From contig CBDCSU010000006.1 in NCBI GenBank assembly GCA_965221775.1, positions 2,112,001-2,176,000 of the forward strand: a DNA stretch of 64,000 bases, given 5' to 3'. This stretch comes from Candidatus Latescibacterota bacterium (GTDB lineage Bacteria > Latescibacterota > UBA2968 > UBA8231). Made by a program: the position numbers and the translations under genes. Positions 54,301 to 62,374 of the stretch are shown in pieces. The notes beneath the pieces were generated by a model, which made no database searches, was not told where the DNA came from, and was given only the letters and a program-made list of their open reading frames with translations. Within the stretch, counting starts at the first letter, position 1; each line of letters starts with the position of its first letter.

Positions 54301-54890
54301 AAGATGTGGGGCAGCAGGTCGTCGAAGCACTCCTCGAGGCTGTCGAAGCCGGAGCTGGCGCCGAGGACAGCGAAGTGGGGCGTCCAGATGTGGGCGGGGA
54401 TGAACAGCACCCGGGGATCGACCTCGAGGCAGATATCGAGCAGATCGCGGCTGTCGAGGCCGAGGATGGGGCGCCCGTCCGAGCCGAGGTTGCCGATCGC
54501 CGAGAGCCGCCGGTTGAGGTCGTCCACGGCGTCGAAGCCGGGCAGGCAGACGACGTTGTGGACCTTGCGGGTGCGTCCGCCCCGCTTGTAGATCGAGCTG
54601 ATCTCCACGGTCAGCAGGAAGCGCACCTCGCCCCGGCACGATCGCGGGACCTGCCCGTCGACGGGTTTGGCGAGGTCGGGCCGAAGCCGGAACAGCCCCT
54701 CCTCCGCCGGCTCCAGCTTCTCCTTCAGCTCCGCCAGCCACTCCGGGTGCGTGAAGTCGGCGGTGCCGACGACGCCGATCCCCTTCAGCTGCGACCACTT
54801 GTGCAGATTCTCGGGGTTCAGGTCGCGGCTGGTGGCCCGCGACCAGCGCGAGTGCAGGTGGATGTCGGCGACGAATTCCATTCGAGGCAT
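51348..54890 (-). CDS. Endonuclease Q-family (PHP) domain fused to UvrD/REP helicase
   Basis: ADIHLHSRWS, GTADFTHP, PAHIWTP, SNSDAHS, GKYHYDGHRKC...CPECG; then AGPGSGKT, VDEFQD, GDPDQAIYGFRGA, TMHAAKGLEF, EERRLLFVALTRA. Confidence 0.92.
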   Translation of the reverse strand: MPRMEFVADIHLHSRWSRATSRDLNPENLHKWSQLKGIGVVGTADFTHPEWLAELKEKLEPAEEGLFRLRPDLAKPVDGQVPRSCRGEVRFLLTVEISSIYKRGGRTRKVHNVVCLPGFDAVDDLNRRLSAIGNLGSDGRPILGLDSRDLLDICLEVDPRVLFIPAHIWTPHFAVLGASSGFDSLEECFDDLLPHIFAVETGLSSDPPMNSRLSALDRYAVVSNSDAHSPSRLGREATCFDTDLSYTGLFEALRSRDPSRFTGTIEFYPEEGKYHYDGHRKCGVHWKPAETRAAGGLCPECGRKLTVGVLHRVESLADRGEEEVPPVERPFEYLIALDEVIGSCIGVGPKSKRVQGIHRHLLEQLGPELSVLRAVDPERIAACGEPLVAEGVRRMREGRVAIEPGYDGEYGVIQVFTDEERRDLEGQGRLFSMAATAPSAAAPSGGAAVDEGAVDAAAVDAADVVKRIAPEPAAVDTGAVAPSAAPPVDAEALDAAHVVERIALEPVDGTPRLDALLEAAEEATEEKALEDLDDDQREAVKAAGPVAVIAGPGSGKTRTLTRRIAWMVRERACPPERIAAVTFTQRAAREMAERLEDLLGAHAAAVRVGTFHRLAIGWTTGLTGAEPPLVVDEAESLGLLRDVLARKGTAPARTTARDARDRISRWKADGLRPEELSGEPLAAAYAAYQERLAACNARDYDDLLLDLLELLRGDEAVGRRAADSHDYLLVDEFQDVNAVQYELVRRLAGSGEGLFVIGDPDQAIYGFRGADPGFFDRLGQDYPALSVHRLKRNYRSAPGVVAASRAVIAGGSPAADVSDGGAASRAVIGGHGPAPGSDADATPPGPSIRLVEAGSEQAEAIAVVRAVQELVGGTDMVATDQASGTPEPGNYAFDDVAVLFRTGRQAAALEECFLTEGLPYSVSGPRRFLEERGARDAVAFFRYALEPERPLRLLEALRNGPFDAGDAALGRLSEAIGSAGELEAAVGGLPTKAAARVEALRRAAAGYARRAENEPPDKVLRVWQEDLGVEATPAFEQLVGVAAGAASMGELLDTLLLGREGDVTRRDGRPAAQAVALMTMHAAKGLEFPVVILCGVEDGLVPLRDGDGATDLEEERRLLFVALTRARDRLILTRSRQRIVRGQRASLPPSPFLADLPPELLAHEGAGPGPRRRGAQLELF

Positions 54891-54946
54891 GGGGGAAGGG
54901 ACGGAAATATACCGCCCCGGTTCCTCGGGCGCGTGCGCCAGCGGGC

Positions 54947-55861
54947 TCAGGCCCGGCGCGGCTCGGCCGTCCGCGGCGCCGTCTGCGACACGGCGATGCC
55001 GGCGGCCACGAGGGCCATGCTGCCGACCACCGCCGGAGTCGGCGCCTCGTCCAGGATCCACATGCTCAGCGCCACGCCCACGGCGGGGGTGACGAAGCCG
55101 TACACGCCGAGGCGGCCGGCGCTGTGGCGGGTCAGCAGGTGGACGAGGATGATGAAGCAGGCCCCGGCCACCACGACCCCCTGGTAGAGCACGCCCAGGA
55201 CCGCCCCCGCCTTCCAGGCGTACCCCGAAGTCCCTTCGAGGAGGAGGCTCAGGCCCGCGAAGACGGGCACGCTCAGCAGGGCCTGCCAGAACAGGACCTT
55301 GTAGGGATGGAGGCCCGAGACGAGGCGCTTGATCACCACCTGGCGCAGGCCCAGCAGGGAGGCGCTGAGCAGGACCACGGCGTCGCCCAGGAGGTAGGCG
55401 GTGGAGCGCCAGGAGAGGCTCTCGGCGAACATCCAGAGGATGCCGGCGAAGGAGAGGACCATGCCGAGCACCATGCGGGGCGCGAGCCGGTCTCCGGGGA
55501 TCAGCAGGTGGGAGAAGGCGGCGGTGAAGAAGGGATAGGCGGAGATCACCACGATGGCGCGGCTCGAAGTGGTGTGGTCGGAGCCGATGTTGAGGGCGGC
55601 GATCTGGGCGACGAAGAGCAGGGTGAGGCCGAGGAGGGGGCGCAACTGCCCCGGAGCCAGGTGCACCGGCTCCCGGGTGACGGCGGCGGCGATGGCGACC
55701 ACCGCCCAGCCGATGGCGAAGCGGGCGGCGCCGAGGGCCAGGGGCGGCAGGCCCTCCAGGCCGGCCTCGATGGCGACCTGGTTGCCGCCCCAGAGGACGG
55801 CGGTCAGCAGCGCCAGGGAGGCGGCGCCGGGACCGATGTGGTCGATGCGGTAGCCGGCCAA
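54947..55861 (-). CDS. DMT/EamA family transporter
   Basis: About ten TMs in two repeats; LWGGN, RF, LLGD and P...E motifs. Confidence 0.9.
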   Translation of the reverse strand: MAGYRIDHIGPGAASLALLTAVLWGGNQVAIEAGLEGLPPLALGAARFAIGWAVVAIAAAVTREPVHLAPGQLRPLLGLTLLFVAQIAALNIGSDHTTSSRAIVVISAYPFFTAAFSHLLIPGDRLAPRMVLGMVLSFAGILWMFAESLSWRSTAYLLGDAVVLLSASLLGLRQVVIKRLVSGLHPYKVLFWQALLSVPVFAGLSLLLEGTSGYAWKAGAVLGVLYQGVVVAGACFIILVHLLTRHSAGRLGVYGFVTPAVGVALSMWILDEAPTPAVVGSMALVAAGIAVSQTAPRTAEPRRA

Positions 55862-55871
55862 ACGGGCCCGG

Positions 55872-56531
55872 CTACTCGATCGTGGCGCTCAGGATGGCGT
55901 CGAGATTCGGGAAGTTCTTGTCGAGGAAGGCGTCGCCCTCCGCGCCGATGCGCTGCTGGTTGGAGGCCGGCGTGCTGCCGTACTCGGCGTTGAAGGACTC
56001 CACCACCTCCATGCCCTCCACGACCCGGCCGAAGGGGGAGAATCCCTGACTATCGAGGCCGGCATTGTTCTTGTAGTTGATGAAGAGTTGGGTGGTGCGC
56101 GTGTTCGGCCCGGCCATGGCGAAGGTGATGGTGCCGGCCTCGTTGCTGGTCATCACCGGGTCGTCGGGGATGCGGGCCTGGTGCCACACCTTGTTGAGGG
56201 CCGGGTCGCCGCTCATCCCCCACTGCACCACGAATCCCGGGATGACGCGGAAGAGCTTGGTTCCGTTGTAGTAGCCGTTGCGCACGAGGTTGTAGAACCG
56301 GTCGCTGCCGCGCGGCGCCAGCTTCCGCTCCACCTCGACCACGAACGTCCCCTTGGTGGTCTCGAACCTCGCCCGGAAGGTAGTCGGCGCCTCCTGTGTC
56401 ATCTCCGCGCCCGCCGGGTCCATCAGCACCTCCATGTCGTCTCCCATCGATCCCTCCTCCTCCGGGGTTCCGCAGGCGGTAAGGCCCGCCAGCGCCGCAG
56501 CGGCAATCGCTGCCATCCGTCTCATCTTCAT
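55872..56531 (-). CDS. Cyclophilin-type peptidyl-prolyl isomerase lipoprotein
   Basis: Lipobox LTAC; FRVIPGFVVQWG, TQLFIN, FGRVVEGM. Confidence 0.92.
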   Translation of the reverse strand: MKMRRMAAIAAAALAGLTACGTPEEEGSMGDDMEVLMDPAGAEMTQEAPTTFRARFETTKGTFVVEVERKLAPRGSDRFYNLVRNGYYNGTKLFRVIPGFVVQWGMSGDPALNKVWHQARIPDDPVMTSNEAGTITFAMAGPNTRTTQLFINYKNNAGLDSQGFSPFGRVVEGMEVVESFNAEYGSTPASNQQRIGAEGDAFLDKNFPNLDAILSATIE

Positions 56532-56557
56532 CGTCTCCTCTTCCTTGTCACTTGCGG

Positions 56558-58825
56558 TTACAGCTGCCGGACCGCCGCCGCCAGCGCCCGCCGGGTGATG
56601 CCGAAGTGCCCCCAGGTCTCCATGTGTCCGTCGGAAGGGGCCGTCGTCGGATCGGTGATCCCCACGTGGGCCGCGGGCAGGCCCGCGTCGGCCGCCTTGG
56701 ACGCCACCAGACCCGCGAAGCCGCGCACGCCGGTCTGGGGCGTGCCGATGAATCCGTCCTCCACGGTGACGACCCCGCCGGGGTAGGGGGCCAGCAGTCT
56801 CTCCAGCTCGCGCTCGGACAGCGGCAAGCCGTTGACGATGTGCACGTCGGTGGGCAGACCCTGCCGGCCCAGGGCCTCCGCCGCCTCACCGGCGAGGAAG
56901 GCCGGCGCCCCGAAGGCGAGGATCGCCCGCTCGGCGCCCTCGTTACGGCGGTACGCTGTGACCGCCTCCCACGGGTCCGCCGCTTCCCACAGCGGCCCGG
57001 AGCCGTCCTGCTTCTCCAGCACCGGCAGGTTGTCCCGCGGAATGCCGATGACGTGACCGCCGTAGTGGGCGGCGAGATCGGCCACGGCGAGGAAGGCGGC
57101 GCGGGCGTCGGCGGGCGCGTAGAACCGGTGCAGGTAGGGCAGGTAGGTGAGCCCCACGTTGATCCAGTCCAGGCCCCAGCCGGAGAAGTGGTCGCGGCCG
57201 GTGCAGGCGCCCACGTGGGAGAGGTGGAAGGTGACGTTGAGTCCCTCGTTGACGCCGCTGAGGTTGCGCTGGTAGCGCCACATGTCGAAGCCCTCGCGGG
57301 CGATGCCCTCGAAGAAGGCGGCGAAGGTGGAGACCACGTTCAGCTGGGGCTCGCGGGAGCTGACGGCGAGGCCGTCGGCGATCAGGCACGCGGCCTGCTC
57401 CTCGATGCTCATCTCGAAGGCGTGGTCCGGCGCCAGCAGGGCCCTGGCCTTGCCGAGCTTGGTCGAGGCGTCGAGGTCGCAGCTGACCACGAACATCGCC
57501 TCCGGATGGGCGGCGGCGACGGCGGCGTACCCGGCCTCGGAGCCGTTGCGGGGGCTCACCCTCTCCCCCGTGGACGGCAGATCGGCGGCCGACCGCTGGT
57601 CGTCCGTCAGCGCGAGGTTGGGGCTGCCGGGCGCCGGCCGGGCGCGGGTGACGACCTCGCGGGGCGCCCTCCTGCGCAGCCGGCCGAGGGCGGCGCTCTG
57701 GTCCCCGGTGGTCTGGAACATCGGCCCCGCCAGGACCTCGGCCTCGTCGCGGTCCTTCATGTGTCCGTCGTGGTGGCCCTCGCCGCCGGGCAGGTCGTTC
57801 ACCAGGAAGAGGCACTCCACCATGGGGCCGTCGTCGCGGAAGCTCATGAGCGACCCGGGGACCCACACGGGGCGGTCCATGGAGACGCCGTTGGCCGCGG
57901 CCATCGCCTCGACCCGCTCGGTGACGCCGTAGCGCTCGCCGAACCAGCGCAGGTCGACGATGCCGTGGTCCTCGTGAGAGCGGTAGCCGGTGGGGTAGAT
58001 CAGGTTCGGCGTGCCTTCCTGCGCCAGGCGCCAGCCCTCGCGGTAAGCGTCGAAGAGGGCGGCGGAGTCGTGGAGGGTGGGGATCTCGAGGATGCGCACG
58101 CCGAGGGACTCGATGATCGGCCGCGGGTCCTTGTCCATGATCGACCGGGTGGCGCCGGAGAGCTGGATGCCGTTGCGGTGCATGACGAAGGTGACCGGCG
58201 CGCGGCCCACGTCGGCGCCGTTGAAGCCGTTGAGGGCCTGCCCCGAGACCCAGCCGGCGTCGCCGCAGTGGGCCACGACCCAGGCGCCGTCGTCGCGCCG
58301 CGCCCCCTTGCCGAGGGCCATGCCGACGGCGGCGGGGATCATGACGCCGAGGCGCCCGCCGTTGAGCTGGGTGCCGCCGGGGAGCCAGGAGACGTGGCCG
58401 GGCAGGTCGAGGCCGCGGCGGAAGTCGTCGACCACGGCGTCGTCGTCGATGAACCCGTAAGCGGCCAGGGCCGCGTAGTAGCCGACGCTCGTGTGGGCGT
58501 GCTCGATGGTGTAGTCGACGCGCTCGTAGTCGGTGACGGCCAGGGTGAGGGTGAGGGCGGGGATCAGCTCGAGGCCGCCGCCGAGGTGGTCCAGCTCGCC
58601 GATGGCGGCCAGCGAGGCCAGCGACCGGATGGCGGTGCGCGCCGCCTCGATCTGCAGTCCCTCCAGGGCGTCGACCTGCACGCCGGCCAGCTCCTTCGCC
58701 GATGCGATGTCGACGGTCAGGGGCAGGACGGTGGAGTCGACGCTGTGGCCGAGGTAGCGGGTGCCGGACAGGAGCTTCCGGTTGCGGCGGGCCTGGCCGG
58801 AGACGGCGGCCTGGATGCTGTTCAT
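56558..58825 (-). CDS. Transketolase-like ThDP-dependent enzyme (divergent)
   Basis: HLGG, LPGH, GDAG...NGIQL, DLDAST, IEEQ, STFAAF motifs. Confidence 0.8.
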   Translation of the reverse strand: MNSIQAAVSGQARRNRKLLSGTRYLGHSVDSTVLPLTVDIASAKELAGVQVDALEGLQIEAARTAIRSLASLAAIGELDHLGGGLELIPALTLTLAVTDYERVDYTIEHAHTSVGYYAALAAYGFIDDDAVVDDFRRGLDLPGHVSWLPGGTQLNGGRLGVMIPAAVGMALGKGARRDDGAWVVAHCGDAGWVSGQALNGFNGADVGRAPVTFVMHRNGIQLSGATRSIMDKDPRPIIESLGVRILEIPTLHDSAALFDAYREGWRLAQEGTPNLIYPTGYRSHEDHGIVDLRWFGERYGVTERVEAMAAANGVSMDRPVWVPGSLMSFRDDGPMVECLFLVNDLPGGEGHHDGHMKDRDEAEVLAGPMFQTTGDQSAALGRLRRRAPREVVTRARPAPGSPNLALTDDQRSAADLPSTGERVSPRNGSEAGYAAVAAAHPEAMFVVSCDLDASTKLGKARALLAPDHAFEMSIEEQAACLIADGLAVSSREPQLNVVSTFAAFFEGIAREGFDMWRYQRNLSGVNEGLNVTFHLSHVGACTGRDHFSGWGLDWINVGLTYLPYLHRFYAPADARAAFLAVADLAAHYGGHVIGIPRDNLPVLEKQDGSGPLWEAADPWEAVTAYRRNEGAERAILAFGAPAFLAGEAAEALGRQGLPTDVHIVNGLPLSERELERLLAPYPGGVVTVEDGFIGTPQTGVRGFAGLVASKAADAGLPAAHVGITDPTTAPSDGHMETWGHFGITRRALAAAVRQL

Positions 58826-58902
58826 GTTCTCTTCCTGCTGGGGGAGCCGGGGGGCGCCTTAGGGTACCGCCGGTCCGCCCCCCCGGCAAGCAGCGGGCCG
58901 GG

Positions 58903-59949
58903 TCACTCCCCCTCCCAGTACCCCACCGCGTCGGCCTTGCGGAACCTCCCGGCTCGCAGGCCCACCTTGCCCGAGTCGGGGTACTCGCACACGTCGTGGT
59001 CCAGCCGTTCTCCGAGCGCCAGCAGCACGCAGTCGCCGGAACTCTCGTTGGTGAACTTGTGCGCCCCCGCCGGCCCCGGCGGGAAGGCGATGCAGGCCCC
59101 GGCGCGCACCGGCCAGGAGCCGCGGTCCGTGCGCATCGTGCACTCGCCCTCCAGGACGACGAACAACTCCTCCGCGTAGTGGTGCAGGTGGTATGGACAG
59201 ATCGACTGCCCCGGCGGCCGGCGGATCAACTGGTATCCCAGCCTGCGGGCGCCCACGAGAGGATCCAGGTCCTTGTGATCCCAGCGGTATCCCTCCCGAT
59301 CGAGGCCGCGGACCCACGGCAGATCGTCGGGGTAGATGTGGTTGATGTGGATGTCGTTGCGCGCCTCCAGGCAGCGCAGCAGCTGCTCGCGGGCCCCGGT
59401 GACGAGGGAGTGCCCGTCGCCGACCAGCATGGCGTCGAACCGGAGGGCGAGCAGCTTGCGGCACTCCAGGGCGGCTTCGGGCGCGTCGTCGAGCTTCTCG
59501 TCGGCCAGCAGGCTCAGCCGTCCCACGGGCGCGCCCACCACCAGATCCCCCGCCAGGACCACCTCCCGCTCGGGCCAGTACACGGCGATCTCGCCCGGGC
59601 TCTTGCCGTGCTCCAGGGGCACGGCTTCCAGACCGGGGAGGATCTCCCCCTCGCCGACGGCGCGGTCGACACTCACGCCCAGAGTGTCCGCGTCGGCCTC
59701 GTGGGCGATCACCCGCGCGCCGGTGAGTTCCCGGAAGGCGCCGGCCTCGCGCTCGTGGTCGCGGTTGGTGAGCACGATCCACGCCGCCCCTCCCAGCCGC
59801 TCGAGCTGGGCCAGGTCGGACTCGATCATCGGCACTGGATCGAAGAGGACGTTCCCCTCCTCCCGCACCCACAGATGGCCGTTGAAGTCGATCTGCCGGT
59901 CCTCATTGAAGACGGACCAGCAGTACACATCGGGAAAGACCTGCTTCAT
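58903..59949 (-). CDS. MBL-fold domain fused to a C-terminal cupin
   Basis: LFDP, LTNRDH, HGKSPG, AGD, VGDG; cupin YHLH...EE...VLEG...AH...YPDSGK; GGAGG RBS before ATG 59949. Confidence 0.8.
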   Translation of the reverse strand: MKQVFPDVYCWSVFNEDRQIDFNGHLWVREEGNVLFDPVPMIESDLAQLERLGGAAWIVLTNRDHEREAGAFRELTGARVIAHEADADTLGVSVDRAVGEGEILPGLEAVPLEHGKSPGEIAVYWPEREVVLAGDLVVGAPVGRLSLLADEKLDDAPEAALECRKLLALRFDAMLVGDGHSLVTGAREQLLRCLEARNDIHINHIYPDDLPWVRGLDREGYRWDHKDLDPLVGARRLGYQLIRRPPGQSICPYHLHHYAEELFVVLEGECTMRTDRGSWPVRAGACIAFPPGPAGAHKFTNESSGDCVLLALGERLDHDVCEYPDSGKVGLRAGRFRKADAVGYWEGE

Positions 59950-60041
59950 GGGGGCAACCTCCTGGTCAGGTGATGGGCCGGAGGCAATCTCTCCGACCTC
60001 GTTGGGGGCCTTTGACAGGGCGAACAGGTGGGGCGACAACG

Positions 60042-60211
60042 CCCAACCCGTTCAACCCGTCCCGACGATTCTCTTGGGTCAGGTGGTCGTACTCTTGTCG
60101 TGGGACGCGACCGACGATACCGGACACGGCGTGTCGTCGGGGATTTGCTGCTACCGGCTTCAGGCGGGCGAATCGTTTCAGGCCGTCAAGAAGATGCTGC
60201 TACTCAGGTAG
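60042..60211 (+). pseudogene. Relic FlgD-Ig / T9SS-like C-terminal sorting domain
   Basis: PNPFNPS, then in a shifted frame GQVV...WDATDDTGHGVSSGICCYRLQAG...VKKMLLLR*. Confidence 0.7.
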
Positions 60212-60277
60212 CCGGTGCCGGAGTCTTCAGGCGGTGCGCCTGATGTCGGGTCGCCCGCAGGTAGGGAGCATGTGCCA

Positions 60278-60622
60278 TCAGCCGTGCGCCGGTGCGCCGC
60301 GGGCGTCCGCTTCTGACTCGAGCGCCGCTTCGGCACGCAGCTTCAGGCCCAGCGCGCCGACGACCCTGAGGACGGTTTCGAAGGTCGGATTGCGGTCCCC
60401 GGAGAGCGCCTTGTAGAGGCTCTCGCGCGAAAGGCCGGCCTCCGTCGCCACCTGCGCCATTCCCCGCGCGCGAGCGATGTCGCCGAGAGCCTTGGCTACG
60501 AACGCGGCATCGCCCTCCGCCTCCTCGATGGAGGCTTCCAGATACGCGGCCATTTCCTCGCGAGTGCGAAGGTGCTCAGCAACGTCGTAGGGCATTGTAG
60601 CGGTCTTCGCCATGGTCTTCAC
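60278..60622 (-). CDS. Addiction module antidote protein (HigA-like HTH antitoxin)
   Basis: YDVAEHL, ALGDIARARGM, GLSRESLYKALSGDRNPTFET. Confidence 0.92.
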   Translation of the reverse strand: MKTMAKTATMPYDVAEHLRTREEMAAYLEASIEEAEGDAAFVAKALGDIARARGMAQVATEAGLSRESLYKALSGDRNPTFETVLRVVGALGLKLRAEAALESEADARGAPAHG

Positions 60623-60913
60623 CTACAGGTTTCTCGCCAGCCGCAGGGCCGTGTCGATGTCGTCGCTCTGGGTGCGCTTGTCGCCGCCCGCGAGCAGTAC
60701 GACGACTGTGCGATCCTGCCTCTTGAAATACACCCGGTAGCCCGGTCCGTAGTCGATTCGGATCTCCGAAACGCCTTCGCCCACGGGCCTCACGTCGCCC
60801 GGGTTGCCCGCCGCCAGCCGCTCGACCCGAACGAGCACCCGGGCGCGAGCGCGGACATCCCTCAAGCCGTCGAGCCAGCTAGCATAGACCTCCGTCCTGC
60901 GGACTTCCAGCAC
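60623..60913 (-). CDS. RelE/ParE family addiction module toxin
   Basis: GNPGDVRPVGEGVSEIRIDYGPGYRVYF, LLAGGDKRTQ. Confidence 0.92.
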   Translation of the reverse strand: MLEVRRTEVYASWLDGLRDVRARARVLVRVERLAAGNPGDVRPVGEGVSEIRIDYGPGYRVYFKRQDRTVVVLLAGGDKRTQSDDIDTALRLARNL

Positions 60914-60919
60914 CCGCCC

Positions 60920-60949
60920 AAAGTAGCCGACAGGCTACACCGCTGTCAA
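60920..60949 (-). promoter_or_regulatory. sigma70 promoter of the TA operon with overlapping palindromic operator
   Basis: TTGACA-N18-TACTTT, with GTAGCC-N4-GGCTAC at 60923-60938. Confidence 0.8.
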
Positions 60950-61163
60950 TTCCCTCCTGGACGTCTCAGTGCCCAGACGGTGCTGCGGTGCTACGAGCAG
61001 GCCGACGAAGGACTCCGCCGTTGGGACCGTCTCCTGGGCGCGCATCAAGGCCGCCCTGCAGTAGAGGCCCTCCCGGCCCGCAAGCCTGGAGCCGCGTCCC
61101 CCGCGGCTCTATCTTGAGGCCCCTCGCCCTCGCAGCGCCGGATCAACCAGAAGGCACCCGCCC

Positions 61164-62366
61164 TTGAGCGCCGACCGCAGACCGAAGATCGCCGCCGTGG
61201 TCACGGAGTACCGCAAGTTCTCCCACGGCCAGCACATCGTCGACCGCTTCCTGGAGGGCTACGGCTGGAACGGGCGCCACCACCACCCGCCAATGGACCT
61301 GGTCTCCCTCTATGTCGATCAGCACCCGGAGGGCGACCTCACGCCGGACCGCCTCGCCCGGTTCCCCGAGGTCCGAGGGGTGCCCACCATCGCCGACGCT
61401 CTCACCCTGGGCGGGTCCGACCTGGCCGTCGACGGGGTGCTGCTCGTCGGCGAGCACGGCCAGTACGGCCGCAACGAGAAGGGCCAGCAGCTCTACCCCC
61501 GGTACGAGTTCTTCCAGCAGATCGTCTCCGTGTACCGCACCACCGGCCGCTCGGCGCCGGTCTTCAACGACAAGCATCTCTCCTGGAACTGGGACTGGGC
61601 CCGACAGATGTACGACCAGTCCGTGGAGTTGGGCTTCGCCTTCATGGCCGGCTCGTCCCTGCCCGTCACCTGGCGCACGCCCTCCCTGGAGATGCCCCTC
61701 GGGGCGCGGGTGGAGGAGGCGGTCTGCGTCTGCTACGGCGGCGTCGACAGCTACGACTTCCACGGTCTGGAGACGTTGCAGTGCATGGTCGAGCGCCGGG
61801 AGGGGGGCGAGCACGGCGTCGTCGGGCTGCAGGCGTACCGCGACGAGCGGTTCTGGCAGGCCCATCACGACGGGGTGTGGTCGAGGGAGCTGTTCGAGTC
61901 GGCCCTGAGCCGCAGCCACACCCTTTCCCAGCCGCGTCCGGGATTCAACGACGTGCTGCCGAACATCGACGAGTTGAAGCAGCTCTGCGAGAGCCCCGTG
62001 GCCTACGTCTACGAGCACGCCGACGGCCTGCGCTGCGCCATGCTGTTGATGGGCGGCCTCGTGCAGGACTTCAACTTCGCCGGGCGGCTGGCGGGCGAGG
62101 ACCGGCCCCTGTCGACGCAGATGTACCTGCCCATGCCGCCGGCCCGCACCTCGCTCGCCAACTTTTTCAGCCCCCAGGTGAACAACGTGGAGCGCATGTT
62201 CCTCACCGGGGAGGCCTCCTACCCGGTGGAGCGTACCCTGATGACGACGGGACTGACGGCGGCGGGAGTCGACAGCCTTCACCAGGAACAGGCGCGCCTG
62301 GAGACGCCGCACCTGGCCGAGGTGACCTACCAGCCGAACCCCGAGTCCACCTTCTGGCGCACGTGA
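61164..62366 (+). CDS. Uncharacterised Gfo/Idh/MocA-like oxidoreductase-fold protein (paralog 1)
   Basis: VDGVLLVGEHG, VFNDKH, MAGSSLP, YDFH and PVERTL motifs. Confidence 0.75.
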   Translation: MSADRRPKIAAVVTEYRKFSHGQHIVDRFLEGYGWNGRHHHPPMDLVSLYVDQHPEGDLTPDRLARFPEVRGVPTIADALTLGGSDLAVDGVLLVGEHGQYGRNEKGQQLYPRYEFFQQIVSVYRTTGRSAPVFNDKHLSWNWDWARQMYDQSVELGFAFMAGSSLPVTWRTPSLEMPLGARVEEAVCVCYGGVDSYDFHGLETLQCMVERREGGEHGVVGLQAYRDERFWQAHHDGVWSRELFESALSRSHTLSQPRPGFNDVLPNIDELKQLCESPVAYVYEHADGLRCAMLLMGGLVQDFNFAGRLAGEDRPLSTQMYLPMPPARTSLANFFSPQVNNVERMFLTGEASYPVERTLMTTGLTAAGVDSLHQEQARLETPHLAEVTYQPNPESTFWRT

Positions 62367-62374
62367 GGACGGAG

